64,000 nucleotides of DNA, from positions 84,067-148,066 of the forward strand of contig DATIBC010000044.1 of NCBI GenBank assembly GCA_035457725.1. The letters are read 5' to 3'. Position 1 is the first letter of the stretch; the number at the start of each line of letters is the position of its first letter. The translations under genes and the position numbers were made by a program. Positions 49,792 through 59,743 of this stretch are shown piece after piece. This DNA comes from Alphaproteobacteria bacterium. Lineage in GTDB: Bacteria > Pseudomonadota > Alphaproteobacteria > CACIAM-22H2. Below the pieces are notes generated by a model, which saw only the letters and a program-made list of their open reading frames with translations, ran no database searches and was not told where the DNA came from.

Positions 49792-51267
49792 CTACGCCCC
49801 CAGCATCGGCGGTTTCGCCTTGAACCCGGCGGCCGCTTCGAGCACGCCGGCGGTGCGGAACATGGTCTCCTCGTCGAAGGCGCGGGCGATGAGCTGCAAG
49901 CCGAGCGGCAGTCCCTCGGCGGCGAGGCCGGCCGGCACCGAGATTCCGGGCAGCCCCGCGAGGTTCACCGTGACGGTGAACACGTCGTTCAAATACATGG
50001 CGATCGGGTCGTCCGCCTTGTCGCCGATGGCGAAGGCAGCCGACGGCGCGGTCGGCGTCAGGATGACGTCGCACTTCCTGAAGGCATCGGCGAAGTCGCG
50101 CGCGATCAGCGCCCGGACCCGCTGCGCCTTGAGGTAATACGCGTCGTAGTATCCCGCCGACAGGACATATGTCCCGATCAAGACCCGCCGGCGGACTTCG
50201 GCGCCGAAGCCCGCGGCGCGCGTCTTTTCGTACATATCGTCGAGGCTCTCGCCCGGCACGCGCAAACCGAAGCGTACGCCGTCATAGCGCGCCAAGTTCG
50301 ACGACGCCTCCGCCGGCGCAATGATGTAATAGGTCGGCAGCGCGTATTTGGTATGCGGCAGGCTGATGTCGATCGGCTCGGCGCCGGCGGCCTTTAGCCA
50401 CGCCACGCCCCGCTCCCACAGTGTATCGATTTCCGGCGGCATGCCGTCGATGCGGTACTCCCGCGGAATCCCGAACTTGAGGCCGCGGATATCGCCGGTG
50501 AGCGCCTTTTCGTAATCGGGAACCGGACGCGGCACCGAAGTCGAATCGCGCGGATCGTGGCCGGCCATCGCCCGCAGCATGATCGCCGCATCGCGCACCG
50601 AGCGAGTGAGCGGTCCGGCCTGGTCGAGCGACGACGCGAAGGCGACGATGCCCCAGCGCGAACAGCGCCCATAGGTCGGCTTGACGCCGACGATGCCGCA
50701 AAACGACGCCGGCTGGCGGATCGAACCGCCGGTGTCGGTGCCGATCGCGCCCGTGGCGATGCGGGCCGCGACCGCCGCCGCCGAGCCGCCGGAAGACCCG
50801 CCCGGTACGAGGTCGCGATTATCGCCGGGCCGTCGCCACGGACTCTTCACCGGACCGTAAAAGCTCGTGGTGTTGGACGAGCCCATGGCGAACTCGTCGA
50901 GATTGGCCTTGCCCAGCATTGTCGCGCCCGCCCGCCACAAGTTCGCGGTCACCGTTGACTCGTAAGGCGGCTTGAAACCGTCGAGGATGTGGCTGCCGGC
51001 CGTGGTCAGCACGCCGTCGGTGCAGAACAGATCCTTGATCGCAAGCGGCACTCCTTCGAGTGGGCCGCCCTCGCCGCGCGCGAGCCGCGCATCCGACGCC
51101 GTCGCCATTTCCTGCGCCCGTTCGGGCGTCTCGGTGATGTAGACGTTGAGATCGCGCATCGCCGCCATGGCGTCGAGATGCGCCGATGCCAGCTCGCGCG
51201 CTGAAAATTTTTTCGCCCGCAACCCGTCGCGCGCGTCGGCGATGGTCAGATCGGTCAGCGCGCCCAT
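49792..51267 (-). CDS. gatA: Glu-tRNA(Gln) amidotransferase subunit A
   Basis: 491 aa with the amidase signature [12 protein letters not shown] and the Ser-cisSer-Lys triad region. Confidence 0.9.
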   Translation of the reverse strand: MGALTDLTIADARDGLRAKKFSARELASAHLDAMAAMRDLNVYITETPERAQEMATASDARLARGEGGPLEGVPLAIKDLFCTDGVLTTAGSHILDGFKPPYESTVTANLWRAGATMLGKANLDEFAMGSSNTTSFYGPVKSPWRRPGDNRDLVPGGSSGGSAAAVAARIATGAIGTDTGGSIRQPASFCGIVGVKPTYGRCSRWGIVAFASSLDQAGPLTRSVRDAAIMLRAMAGHDPRDSTSVPRPVPDYEKALTGDIRGLKFGIPREYRIDGMPPEIDTLWERGVAWLKAAGAEPIDISLPHTKYALPTYYIIAPAEASSNLARYDGVRFGLRVPGESLDDMYEKTRAAGFGAEVRRRVLIGTYVLSAGYYDAYYLKAQRVRALIARDFADAFRKCDVILTPTAPSAAFAIGDKADDPIAMYLNDVFTVTVNLAGLPGISVPAGLAAEGLPLGLQLIARAFDEETMFRTAGVLEAAAGFKAKPPMLGA

Positions 51268-51269
51268 CG

Positions 51270-51569
51270 CTACTCTACGACCTTCGGCACGCTGAAGAAA
51301 CCTCCAGCGCCACTTTTCACCGGTTCGCGTGCATTAGCCAAGATGCTGTCGACGTACCCGCCGTCGCTGACCGTGTCGTCACGCTGCGGCAATGTCACCT
51401 CGACCGCCGAGGTCATCGGGTCGACGCCGGCGGTCTCGACTGCGTCGAGTTGCTCGACCCAGGCGAGAATGTTCCGCAGTTCCCCCACCATCCGGTCGAG
51501 GTCGCCCTCGGCGACGCGAATCCGCGCCAGCGTCGCGATCCGCGCCACGGTGGCTTTGTCGAGCGACAT
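51270..51569 (-). CDS. gatC: Asp-tRNA(Asn)/Glu-tRNA(Gln) amidotransferase subunit C
   Basis: 99 aa immediately upstream of gatA. GatC-like ([10 protein letters not shown]...). Confidence 0.8.
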   Translation of the reverse strand: MSLDKATVARIATLARIRVAEGDLDRMVGELRNILAWVEQLDAVETAGVDPMTSAVEVTLPQRDDTVSDGGYVDSILANAREPVKSGAGGFFSVPKVVE

Positions 51570-51664
51570 GCGGTATCTCTCGGCTCAAGTACGAATACCC
51601 GCGCCGACCCGGGCCGATCGGACCGGCGCGCCGCGTCAAGGCGGCCGGACGTTATCATTCGCCG

Positions 51665-52141
51665 ATGCCGATCCGCAACCCCACCGAGCTCGTTCAAAGT
51701 CTGCCGCGAAACGCGCGACTGCTCGGCGTCGATGTTGGAGAAAAGACGCTGGGACTGGCGCTTTCCGACACCACGCTGGCAATCGCCTCGCCGCTCGAAA
51801 CGCTGCGGCGCGGCAGGTTTTCCTCCGATGTCGAAACGCTCAAGGCGCTTATCGCCAAGCACGCCGTCGGCGGGATCGTCGTCGGGTTGCCGATCAACAT
51901 GGACGGCAGCGAGGGTCCGCGGTGCCAGTCGGTGCGTGCCTTCGCCGCCAACCTGCTGGCGAGGATCGATCTGCCGCTCGCATTCTGGGACGAGCGCCTG
52001 TCCACCGTCGCGGTCACACGAACGATGCTCGAAGCCGACTTGTCGCGCGCGCGACGCGCGAAGCTGGTCGATAAGATGGCGGCGGCATACATCCTTCAGG
52101 GGCTGCTCGACCGCATTCGCGCGGACCGGTTGGCGCGTTGA
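51665..52141 (+). CDS. ruvX: Holliday junction resolvase-like protein RuvX/YqgF
   Basis: Internal ATG at 51665. RNase H-like fold motifs LGVDVGEKTLGLALSD and GIVVGLPINMDGSEG. 158 aa. Confidence 0.85.
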   Translation: MPIRNPTELVQSLPRNARLLGVDVGEKTLGLALSDTTLAIASPLETLRRGRFSSDVETLKALIAKHAVGGIVVGLPINMDGSEGPRCQSVRAFAANLLARIDLPLAFWDERLSTVAVTRTMLEADLSRARRAKLVDKMAAAYILQGLLDRIRADRLAR

Positions 52142-52183
52142 GTATTCCTCTTTCCTCACCGGCCCAAGGGCAGCGGCGTTCGA

Positions 52184-52738
52184 TCAGGCGGCTTCGCGTA
52201 CGTCGACGGCTATGCGCGTCAACTTGTCGTAAACGCGCGCCATGCGTCGCAGCGGCCACCAGTCGTAGAGGAAGATCTGGATCGGCCGCCACATCGCGAC
52301 CCAGCCGCTGATCAACAGCCCCTCGGCGAGTATGTGGTCGAGCGTGGTGACGCTCGGCACGAAGAAGAGTTGACGCAAGCCCATGCACACGAACAGGAAG
52401 ACCAGCCCGATCGCCAGCGAGTGCCGGCCGAGATGGAGCTGGAACCGTAGATCGCGCAACGTCATGTCGCGGCGATAGGCGAAGTAGTTGTGGATCGCCG
52501 CCGCGAGCCCGGCGGTCTCGGCTCGCGCCGCATGGTCTGCCGGCAAATGAAAGACGAGCTTGAGGGACGCGTGGGTCGGGAACTCGCGCGCCGCGCCGAC
52601 GATGTAATCCTCGGCGTCGGCATCGAGGTCCTTTTCGTGAAACGGCGAGGGATCAAGCGAGTTGAAAAGCTGCTGAATCGAGTTCAGCTTGATCTCGATC
52701 AGCGTCGTCTCGCCCTCGCGCCGGTATCGTTCGCCCAT
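52184..52738 (-). CDS. Hypothetical protein with C-terminal transmembrane helices
   Basis: Internal ATG at 52738 (MGERYRREGETTLIEIKL...). 184 aa. No recognisable domain. Confidence 0.4.
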   Translation of the reverse strand: MGERYRREGETTLIEIKLNSIQQLFNSLDPSPFHEKDLDADAEDYIVGAAREFPTHASLKLVFHLPADHAARAETAGLAAAIHNYFAYRRDMTLRDLRFQLHLGRHSLAIGLVFLFVCMGLRQLFFVPSVTTLDHILAEGLLISGWVAMWRPIQIFLYDWWPLRRMARVYDKLTRIAVDVREAA

Positions 52739-52862
52739 ATCGTGCGCCCCTCGCCGCGGCGACCTTAGCATTCGGCGGCGATGGTGTCCGCCTTGACCCC
52801 CGGCCGACGGCGGCCAAAGATGCGGCGATGCCGACAAGCGGCCGCTGCGAGGGAAATCGGGA

Positions 52863-54104
52863 ATGGACGAAGGCTTGACACAAGATCAGTTGGACATTCG
52901 CGCACGCGCGCGCGCCTTGGCCCTCCGCGTGATGGCACCGGCCGCCGCCGAAATCGACCGCAGCGAGGCTTATCCTTGGGGCCACGTCGCGGCACTCCGC
53001 GAGGCCGGTTTCATGGGCATGACCATCCCACAACGCTACGGCGGACAAGGCCGCTCGTATCTCGACGCGGTGCTGGTGATCGAGGAGATGGCCAAGTATT
53101 GCGGCGTCTCGGCGCGAATCGTCGTCGAGGCCAACATGGGGGCGATCGGCGCGATCATGGCCTATGGACGCGAGGACCAAAAGCGTCGCGCCGCCGAACT
53201 CGTGCTCGGCGGCGACAAGCCGGCGATCTGCATCACCGAGCCCGCTGCCGGCAGCGCCGCGACCGAGATGACGACGCGCGCCGACCGCAAGCGCGGCGGT
53301 TATGTCCTCAATGGCCGCAAGCATTGGATCACCGGCGGTGGCGTGTCGCGGCTGCATCTGATCTTTGCCCGCGTCTTCGATGAACGCGGCGCGGAACAGG
53401 GGATCGGTGGATTCATCGTCGAGCGCGATCCCGAGACCGGCGCGCCGAAGGGGCTTGTCATCGGCAGGCGCGAGCCAGCGATGGGATTGCGGGGGATTCC
53501 CGAAACCGAGATCATTTTCGACAACCTCGAAGCTGCGGAAAGCGCTTTGCTCGTCCCGCCGCGCGGCCTGGCGCATGGCTTCGGAGATCTTATGGACGCC
53601 TACAACGGCCAGCGCGTCGGCGCCGCGACGGTAGCGCTCGGGTTGGCGCAAGGCGCCTATGACAAGGCGCTCGCCTACGCCAAGTCGCGTGAGCAATTCG
53701 GCCGGCCGATCGCCGAGTTCCAGGGCCTACAGTGGCTGCTTGCCGACATGAGCATCGCGCTCGCCGCGGCGCGTGCGCTGGTCTGGCGCGCCGCACGTTC
53801 GGCGCCGCCCGACGGATTCCCCGATCAGCTTGCCGCCGCGCAGGCCAAGGTGCTGGCGTCCGAAACCGCGATCAAGGTCACCAACGACGCGCTGCAGGTC
53901 TGGGGCGCCGCCGGGTATTCGCGTGACAACCCGATGGAGCGCTACGTCCGCGACGCGCGCATGTTCGCCATCGCCGGCGGCACGGCGCAAGTTTTGCGAA
54001 CGTTGGTCGCATCGCAGCTCCTTGGACAAAAGCTGCCGCAGACGCGTGACGGATACACTCGCCTCGCCCAGGCCAAGTCGACGCGCGCCAAGGCGGCCGA
54101 GTAA
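52863..54104 (+). CDS. Acyl-CoA dehydrogenase family protein
   Basis: 413 aa with ACAD N-terminal, middle and C-terminal domains. The catalytic-base region is present near the C-terminus (YSRDNPMERYVRDAR). Confidence 0.85.
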   Translation: MDEGLTQDQLDIRARARALALRVMAPAAAEIDRSEAYPWGHVAALREAGFMGMTIPQRYGGQGRSYLDAVLVIEEMAKYCGVSARIVVEANMGAIGAIMAYGREDQKRRAAELVLGGDKPAICITEPAAGSAATEMTTRADRKRGGYVLNGRKHWITGGGVSRLHLIFARVFDERGAEQGIGGFIVERDPETGAPKGLVIGRREPAMGLRGIPETEIIFDNLEAAESALLVPPRGLAHGFGDLMDAYNGQRVGAATVALGLAQGAYDKALAYAKSREQFGRPIAEFQGLQWLLADMSIALAAARALVWRAARSAPPDGFPDQLAAAQAKVLASETAIKVTNDALQVWGAAGYSRDNPMERYVRDARMFAIAGGTAQVLRTLVASQLLGQKLPQTRDGYTRLAQAKSTRAKAAE

Positions 54105-55333
54105 TGACGGCCCAGTCGCTCGCCGGCCTGCGTATCTTCGATCTCACCCGCATTCTCGCCGGACCGACCTGCACCCAGCTTCTCGGCGATCTCGGCGCCG
54201 ACGTGATCAAGATCGAGCGGCCTGGCGTCGGCGACGACACGCGCAAATGGGGCCCGCCTTATCTCAAGGACAGGCACGGGCGGGAGAGCCACGAGAGCGC
54301 GTATTACCTGTCGTCCAACCGCAACAAGCGCTCGTTGACGCTCGACATCGCCAGACCCGAAGGACAGGTGTTGGCCCGCCGCTTGATCGGCGAATGCGAC
54401 GTCATGGTCGAGAACTTCAAGGTCGGCGACATGGCGAAGTACGGCCTAGCCTATGAGCAGTTGAAGCCGGTCGCGCCGCGCCTCGTTTATTGCTCGATCA
54501 CGGGATTTGGCCAGAGCGGCCCCTACGCGCCGCGGGCCGGCTATGATCTGTTGGCGCAAGGCATGGGCGGGATCATGAGCATCACCGGCCAGCCGGAGGG
54601 TACGCCGGGCTCGGAGCCGATGAAAGTCGGCGTCGGCATCGCCGACGTGATGACCGGGATGTACTCGACAGTCGCTATTCTCGCCGCGCTTCGCCACCGC
54701 GACGCCACCGGCGAGGGCCAGTGGATCGACATGGCGCTGCTCGACACGCAGGTCGCCTGGTTGATCAACGAAGCCATGAATTACCTGCTCAGCGGCGAGG
54801 TGCCGAAGCGGCGCGGCAATGCCCACCCCAACATCGTCCCATACCAGGTCTTCCCGGCGGCCGACGGCTATGTGCTCCTCGCCGTCGGCAACGACGGCCA
54901 ATATCGAAAGTTCTGCGAGTTCGCCGGTGCGCCCGAGCTGGCGGACGATCCGCGCTTCGCGTCCAACCCGCTTCGCGTCAAGCATCGCGCGACGTTGGTG
55001 GGGATCGTTACCGATCTAACCAAGCGTAAGACGCGCCAAGAATGGGTCGACGGGCTTGCCCGGCTTGGCGTTCCCTGCTCGCCGGTGAACGATGTCGCCC
55101 AGGTGTTCGACGACCCGCAGATCGTCCACCGCGCCATGAAACAGACGATGCGGCATGACGGTCTCGGCGCCGATATGCCGTTTGTCGCCAACCCAATCCG
55201 CATGAGCGCCACGCCGCCTCGCTATCGGCGCGCGCCGCCGCTTTGCGGACAGCACACCGATGAGCTGTTGCGCGAACTGCTCGGCTTGCGCGACGACGAG
55301 ATCGCCCAGCTTCGCGCCAAGGGGGTGGTGTAG
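54104..55333 (+). CDS. CoA-transferase family III (CaiB/BaiF/Frc-like)
   Basis: 409 aa. N-terminal GLRIFDLTRILAGPTCTQLLGDLGADVIKIE signature. It overlaps the ACAD stop (TAATG). Confidence 0.85.
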   Translation: MTAQSLAGLRIFDLTRILAGPTCTQLLGDLGADVIKIERPGVGDDTRKWGPPYLKDRHGRESHESAYYLSSNRNKRSLTLDIARPEGQVLARRLIGECDVMVENFKVGDMAKYGLAYEQLKPVAPRLVYCSITGFGQSGPYAPRAGYDLLAQGMGGIMSITGQPEGTPGSEPMKVGVGIADVMTGMYSTVAILAALRHRDATGEGQWIDMALLDTQVAWLINEAMNYLLSGEVPKRRGNAHPNIVPYQVFPAADGYVLLAVGNDGQYRKFCEFAGAPELADDPRFASNPLRVKHRATLVGIVTDLTKRKTRQEWVDGLARLGVPCSPVNDVAQVFDDPQIVHRAMKQTMRHDGLGADMPFVANPIRMSATPPRYRRAPPLCGQHTDELLRELLGLRDDEIAQLRAKGVV

Positions 55334-55401
55334 ACGTGGTTGTCCGCCGCAGAGCGCCAATTTAGAACCGCCCCAAAAGCAAAAAGTATTATACTTACTC
55401 C

Positions 55402-55653
55402 ATGATCTATCGTCCCGGGCAGCCGGCTCCAGAGTCCGGCATCTATGAGATTGTCGACATAAAGGAACGGTCTATTGGCGCCGAACGCGCGGTGGCCAAA
55501 GGTGACCCGCTCCCGCCGCCCGTCGGTGCGGGGTATGGGTACAGGCTCAAGACGCGAGTAACTACGGTCTATACATCTGTCTCCTCCGCGTCGGTGTTGA
55601 CAAGCACGGCAACCGAATACGCCGGCGTCCTGGAGCGACTTGCCAAGAAATAG
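55402..55653 (+). CDS. Small protein overlapping the doc start (candidate antitoxin; N-terminal region YjzC-like)
   Basis: 83 aa. Its 3' end overlaps the doc start by 14 nt. GC is low and GC3 is unusually low for this genome. There is no Phd/YefM, RHH or AbrB signature. The N-terminus YRPGQPAPESGIYEIV resembles the YjzC small-protein family. Confidence 0.35.
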   Translation: MIYRPGQPAPESGIYEIVDIKERSIGAERAVAKGDPLPPPVGAGYGYRLKTRVTTVYTSVSSASVLTSTATEYAGVLERLAKK

Positions 55654-56038
55654 GACGCACTACCGAATCACGTTGGCGGACGCGCTCGAAGGGCACCGTC
55701 TGGCGCTCACGTTTTCCGGGCGATCTGGAATTTTGAATCGGAGCCTACTGGAATCGGCGATTGCCCGACCATACAGCGGTCATTATCGCTTAATCCATCA
55801 AAAGACAGCGGCTCTCGTCCATGGCGTTGTCAAGAACCACGCGTTTGTCGATGGAAACAAGCGTACTGCCGTCTTTCTTATGGATCTGCTGCTCAAGAGG
55901 TCGGGGTACCGGCTTGAGGCGCGCGACAAGTCAAAAGGAGACGTGGCTTTGGAGGAAATGATTCTCGATGTCGCCAACGGATCTATGACTGTATCCGAGA
56001 TCGCCGATTGGTTTCGGCAGCGCATTCGGCCAACCTAG
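55640..56038 (+). CDS. doc: Doc (death-on-curing) family toxin, Fic fold
   Basis: 132 aa. Doc-type Fic motif HAFVDGNKRTA and the N-terminal LT..DAL helix. It begins at a TTG within the upstream ORF's last codons. Confidence 0.8.
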   Translation: MPRNRTHYRITLADALEGHRLALTFSGRSGILNRSLLESAIARPYSGHYRLIHQKTAALVHGVVKNHAFVDGNKRTAVFLMDLLLKRSGYRLEARDKSKGDVALEEMILDVANGSMTVSEIADWFRQRIRPT

Positions 56039-56114
56039 ACAGCGTCTGAATTAACGATGCTGGCAGCCTTCGGAGATTCGCTGCGCGCGCCCAGCCGGTG
56101 CGCGCGCGCAAGCC

Positions 56115-57143
56115 TCAGTCGATGACCTCATCCGCTCGCGCAAGCAGAGCGGCGGGCACGTCGAGGCCGAGCGCCCTGGCGGTCGATAGGTTGATCGCCA
56201 GCTCGAAGTTGGTCGGCTGCCCGATCGGAATTTCGGCGGACTTTCTACCTTTGAGGATTCGATCCACATACCCTGCGGCCTCGCGGAAAAGCCCTTGCGC
56301 GCTCGAGCCGTAGGACATCAAGCCACCTGCCTCGGTTGCTTCCCGCCAGGGGTACGCCGCAGGCATTCGGTTGGCGGCGGCGAACGCCACGATGCGATGA
56401 ATATTTATGAACATTATCGGGCCGTGCGAGACGAGAAGCCCGTCGGCGCGCTCACGCGATAGCGTCGCGAATGCCCGATCGAGATCCTCGGCTTGGTCGA
56501 CTGCGACAAATAGCCCGGGCGCCGCCGCCGAATCCGTCTCACCACGGTACGCCGCCCAGGCGAGAGTCGTTCCGAGGAACGCCAGACGCTCCGTCTTGGG
56601 AACCAGCTCCTTGAAAAACTGGAGCCGCTTTTCATACAGCTCGCGACCGGTCGTGGTCGTGACACCGGTCAGATTGCCGCCCGGACGGGCGAGGCTTGCG
56701 ACAAGACCCGTCGCCTCAGGGTCGCGGTTGAACAAGGCGACAATTGGGATCGTGCGGGTCGCCGCATGGGCAGCCTCGATGAGCCAGTCCGCTGCGCCCG
56801 CAAAGATCACGTCGACGCCGCGCGCGACAAACTCGGCGATTATGTCCGGCACCCGCTCGCGCCGACTCTCGGCCGACCTCCGCAGGATGATTACGGTGCG
56901 TCCATCGATCCACCCCAGATCGCGCAGGCGGTGCAAAAAGGCTCGCGCCGGACGATTGGCTGGATCGGGTCCCGAAATCTCCGCCAGGGTCGGATCGCCC
57001 GCGACCCAGCCTATCGTCGGCAGCGCCGCCGTCCGCTGAGCCTGAGCCACCAGTGGCCGCGCCATCGCCACGGCAACGGCACCGGGTAGTAATTGGAGAA
57101 TCTCTCGCCGGCGCACCCGTCCCCCCCTCGTCCGCGCCAACAA
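56115..57143 (-). CDS. Orphan periplasmic substrate-binding protein (ABC_sub_bind-like) with Tat-type signal
   Basis: 342 aa. [16 protein letters not shown] twin-arginine signal. No cognate permease or ATPase is adjacent. Confidence 0.65.
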   Translation of the reverse strand: MLARTRGGRVRRREILQLLPGAVAVAMARPLVAQAQRTAALPTIGWVAGDPTLAEISGPDPANRPARAFLHRLRDLGWIDGRTVIILRRSAESRRERVPDIIAEFVARGVDVIFAGAADWLIEAAHAATRTIPIVALFNRDPEATGLVASLARPGGNLTGVTTTTGRELYEKRLQFFKELVPKTERLAFLGTTLAWAAYRGETDSAAAPGLFVAVDQAEDLDRAFATLSRERADGLLVSHGPIMFINIHRIVAFAAANRMPAAYPWREATEAGGLMSYGSSAQGLFREAAGYVDRILKGRKSAEIPIGQPTNFELAINLSTARALGLDVPAALLARADEVID

Positions 57144-57297
57144 ACGACAAGGATATCAGATATCGCAAATAGCGCGCTGGCAAATGCTGCGGCGCGGGCG
57201 CCCGTGTTCAGGGGCACGGACTGTAACGTGCCGCTGTTCAAAACCCGTGACCGATTCCTTGCCCATCGATACCGTCGCGCGCTATAAGGCCCCTTTA

Positions 57298-58299
57298 ATG
57301 ATCGCGTCCGGCGCCGCTCCCCGCACTTCCGTTTCGTCGGACGCGCTCGCCTCTTTCCGTCATCGCCACTTGCTCGGGATCGAGGCGCTCTCGCCCGATG
57401 AGATCACCCTTCTGCTCGATCTCGCCGACGCCTACGCTGCGGCGAGCCATTCACCCCAACGCGCGCGCGAACTGCTGCGCGGCCGGACGGTCATCAACCT
57501 TTTTTTCGAGAACTCGACGCGTACCCGCACCTCTTTCGAGCTGGCGGCCAAGCGCCTCGGCGCCGACGTCATCAACATGCAGGTTGAGTCGTCATCGGTG
57601 AAGAAAGGCGAGACGCTGATCGATACCGCGATGACGCTGAATGCCATGCTTCCCGATGTGCTGGTCGTCCGCCACTCGGAATCCGGCGCGGTGAAGCTCC
57701 TCTCCGAGAAGGTCAACTGCGCCGTGATCAATGGCGGCGATGGCGCGCACGAGCATCCGACCCAAGCGCTGCTTGATGCGCTCGCCATCCGCCGCCGCAA
57801 GGGGCGACTGCAAGGCTTGCTGGTCGCCATCTGCGGCGACATCCTGCACAGCCGCGTGGCGCGTTCGAACATCCATCTGTTGAACGCGATGGGCGCGCGC
57901 GTGCGCGTCGTCGGGCCGCCGACCTTGATTCCCACCGCCATCGAGCGGCTCGGCGTCGAGGTATTCCATGACATGCGCCAAGCGCTTGCCGGCTGCGACA
58001 TTGTCATGATGTTGCGCCTGCAGACCGAACGAATGCAGGGAAACTACGTTCCCTCGGTTCGCGAGTACTTCCACTTCTATGGGCTCGATCGCGTTAAGCT
58101 GTCGTTCGCCAAGCCTGACGCGCTGATCATGCACCCCGGGCCGATGAATCGCGGCGTCGAAATCGACAGCGAGGTCGCCGACGATGTCGAGCGTTCGCTG
58201 ATCCGCGAACAGGTCGAGATGGGCGTCGCCGTCCGCATGGCGTGCCTCGACATCCTGACCCGCGACCTGCGCTCCAACGCGCCTGCCGCGCCGCGATGA
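57298..58299 (+). CDS. pyrB: Aspartate carbamoyltransferase catalytic subunit
   Basis: Internal ATG at 57298. The carbamoyl-phosphate-binding motif is present as [11 protein letters not shown] (canonical S-T-R-T-R), together with HPTQ, and the C-terminal HPGP motif is present as MHPGPMNRG. 333 aa. Confidence 0.9.
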   Translation: MIASGAAPRTSVSSDALASFRHRHLLGIEALSPDEITLLLDLADAYAAASHSPQRARELLRGRTVINLFFENSTRTRTSFELAAKRLGADVINMQVESSSVKKGETLIDTAMTLNAMLPDVLVVRHSESGAVKLLSEKVNCAVINGGDGAHEHPTQALLDALAIRRRKGRLQGLLVAICGDILHSRVARSNIHLLNAMGARVRVVGPPTLIPTAIERLGVEVFHDMRQALAGCDIVMMLRLQTERMQGNYVPSVREYFHFYGLDRVKLSFAKPDALIMHPGPMNRGVEIDSEVADDVERSLIREQVEMGVAVRMACLDILTRDLRSNAPAAPR

Positions 58300-59636
58300 C
58301 TGGCCGCGACGGCCCCGGAGCCAAAGGCGGGTCCCCGGTCGCCTACGTCAACGCCCGGCTGCTCGACCCGGCGAGCGGGCTCGACGTGACGGGCGGCGTC
58401 ATCGTCGCCGACGGCGTGGTCGCCGATCTAGGTCCGCATCTCGCCCGCGCTTCGGCGCTGGCCGCGGTGGGGCCGCGCGGCATCGAGGCGGTCGATTGCG
58501 GCGGCGCGGTGTTGGCCCCGGCGCTGATCGATATGCGCGTGCAGCTCCGCGAGCCGGGCGAGGAGCACAAGGAGACCATCGCCAGCGCCGGCGAGGCGGC
58601 CGCCGCCGGTGGCGTGGGCACGATGGTCTGCCTGCCGAACACCCGGCCGCCGATCGACGACCCGTCGCTCGTCGAATCGGTCTTCCGCCGCGCCCGCGAC
58701 ACGTGCCGGGTGCGCGTGTTTCCGTATGCGGCGGTGACGCGCGGCTTGCAAGGACGCGAAATGACCGAGCTCGGCCTCCTCGCCGAGGCCGGCGCGGTCG
58801 GCTTCAGCGACGGAACCGCCGCGATCGCCGACCCGCAGCTCATGCGCCGCGCTCTCGCCTATGCGCGTATCGTCGGCCGGCCGATCATCCAGCACCCCGA
58901 GGAACCGGCCCTTGCCAGCGGGGCGATGAACGCCGGCGAAATCGCCACGCGCCTCGGTCTCTCCGGAATTCCGGTCGCGGCCGAAGTGATAATGGTCGAA
59001 CGCGATCTCCGCCTCGTCGAACTCACCGGCGGCCGGCTGCACGTCGCGCACGTCTCGACCGGCGCCGCCGTCGACGCGTTGCGCCGCGCCAAGGCACGCG
59101 GGCTGCCGGTGAGCGCTGACACCGCGCCGCAGTATTTCGCCCTCAACGAAACCGCCGTCGGCGAGTACCGCACCTTCGCCAAGCTTTCGCCGCCCCTGCG
59201 CGGCGAAGACGATCGCAAGGCGGTGATCGACGGACTGAAGGACGGCACGATCGACGCGATCGCCTCGGACCATGCGCCGCACGATCAGGATTCGAAACGC
59301 CTGCCGTTCGCCCAAGCGGCGGCCGGAATGATCGGCCTCGAAACCCTGCTCGCGGTGTCTCTCGATCTCGTGCATAACGGTCATTTGCCGCTACCCCAGG
59401 TGCTCGCCAAGTTGACCGTCAATCCGGCGGCGATTCTCGGCCTCGAGGGCGGCCGCCTGGCCAAGGGCGAGCCGGCCGATCTCGTCGTCTTCGATCTTGA
59501 GCGGCCGTGGCGGATCGAAGAGCGCAACTTCCGCTCAAAGTCGAAGAATTCGCCGTTCGACGGTCGTCCGGTGCAAGGACGGGTGCTGCGCACGTTAGTC
59601 GCCGGAGCGACAGTTTTCGCGGGCAATGATGTTTAG
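58296..59636 (+). CDS. pyrC: Dihydroorotase (or PyrC'-type dihydroorotase-like partner of PyrB)
   Basis: The ATG at 58296 overlaps the pyrB stop (ATGA). 446 aa amidohydrolase with [10 protein letters not shown]. Confidence 0.8.
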   Translation: MTGRDGPGAKGGSPVAYVNARLLDPASGLDVTGGVIVADGVVADLGPHLARASALAAVGPRGIEAVDCGGAVLAPALIDMRVQLREPGEEHKETIASAGEAAAAGGVGTMVCLPNTRPPIDDPSLVESVFRRARDTCRVRVFPYAAVTRGLQGREMTELGLLAEAGAVGFSDGTAAIADPQLMRRALAYARIVGRPIIQHPEEPALASGAMNAGEIATRLGLSGIPVAAEVIMVERDLRLVELTGGRLHVAHVSTGAAVDALRRAKARGLPVSADTAPQYFALNETAVGEYRTFAKLSPPLRGEDDRKAVIDGLKDGTIDAIASDHAPHDQDSKRLPFAQAAAGMIGLETLLAVSLDLVHNGHLPLPQVLAKLTVNPAAILGLEGGRLAKGEPADLVVFDLERPWRIEERNFRSKSKNSPFDGRPVQGRVLRTLVAGATVFAGNDV

Positions 59637-59743
59637 GAATTGCTGATATCGCCCCGACGTTCGCCTCGTTATGTCAATGCTTTACTCGCGGTTCTCAAGG
59701 CTTTATTTATTTTGGTCTGAGCTTCGCCTAGAAGAAGTCGGCG

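Noticed and set aside
55334-55401. A Phd/YefM-type antitoxin upstream of doc
   Set aside because: The 68-bp spacer is too short, and no ORF in any frame there resembles Phd. The only candidate partner is the 83-aa non-Phd ORF.
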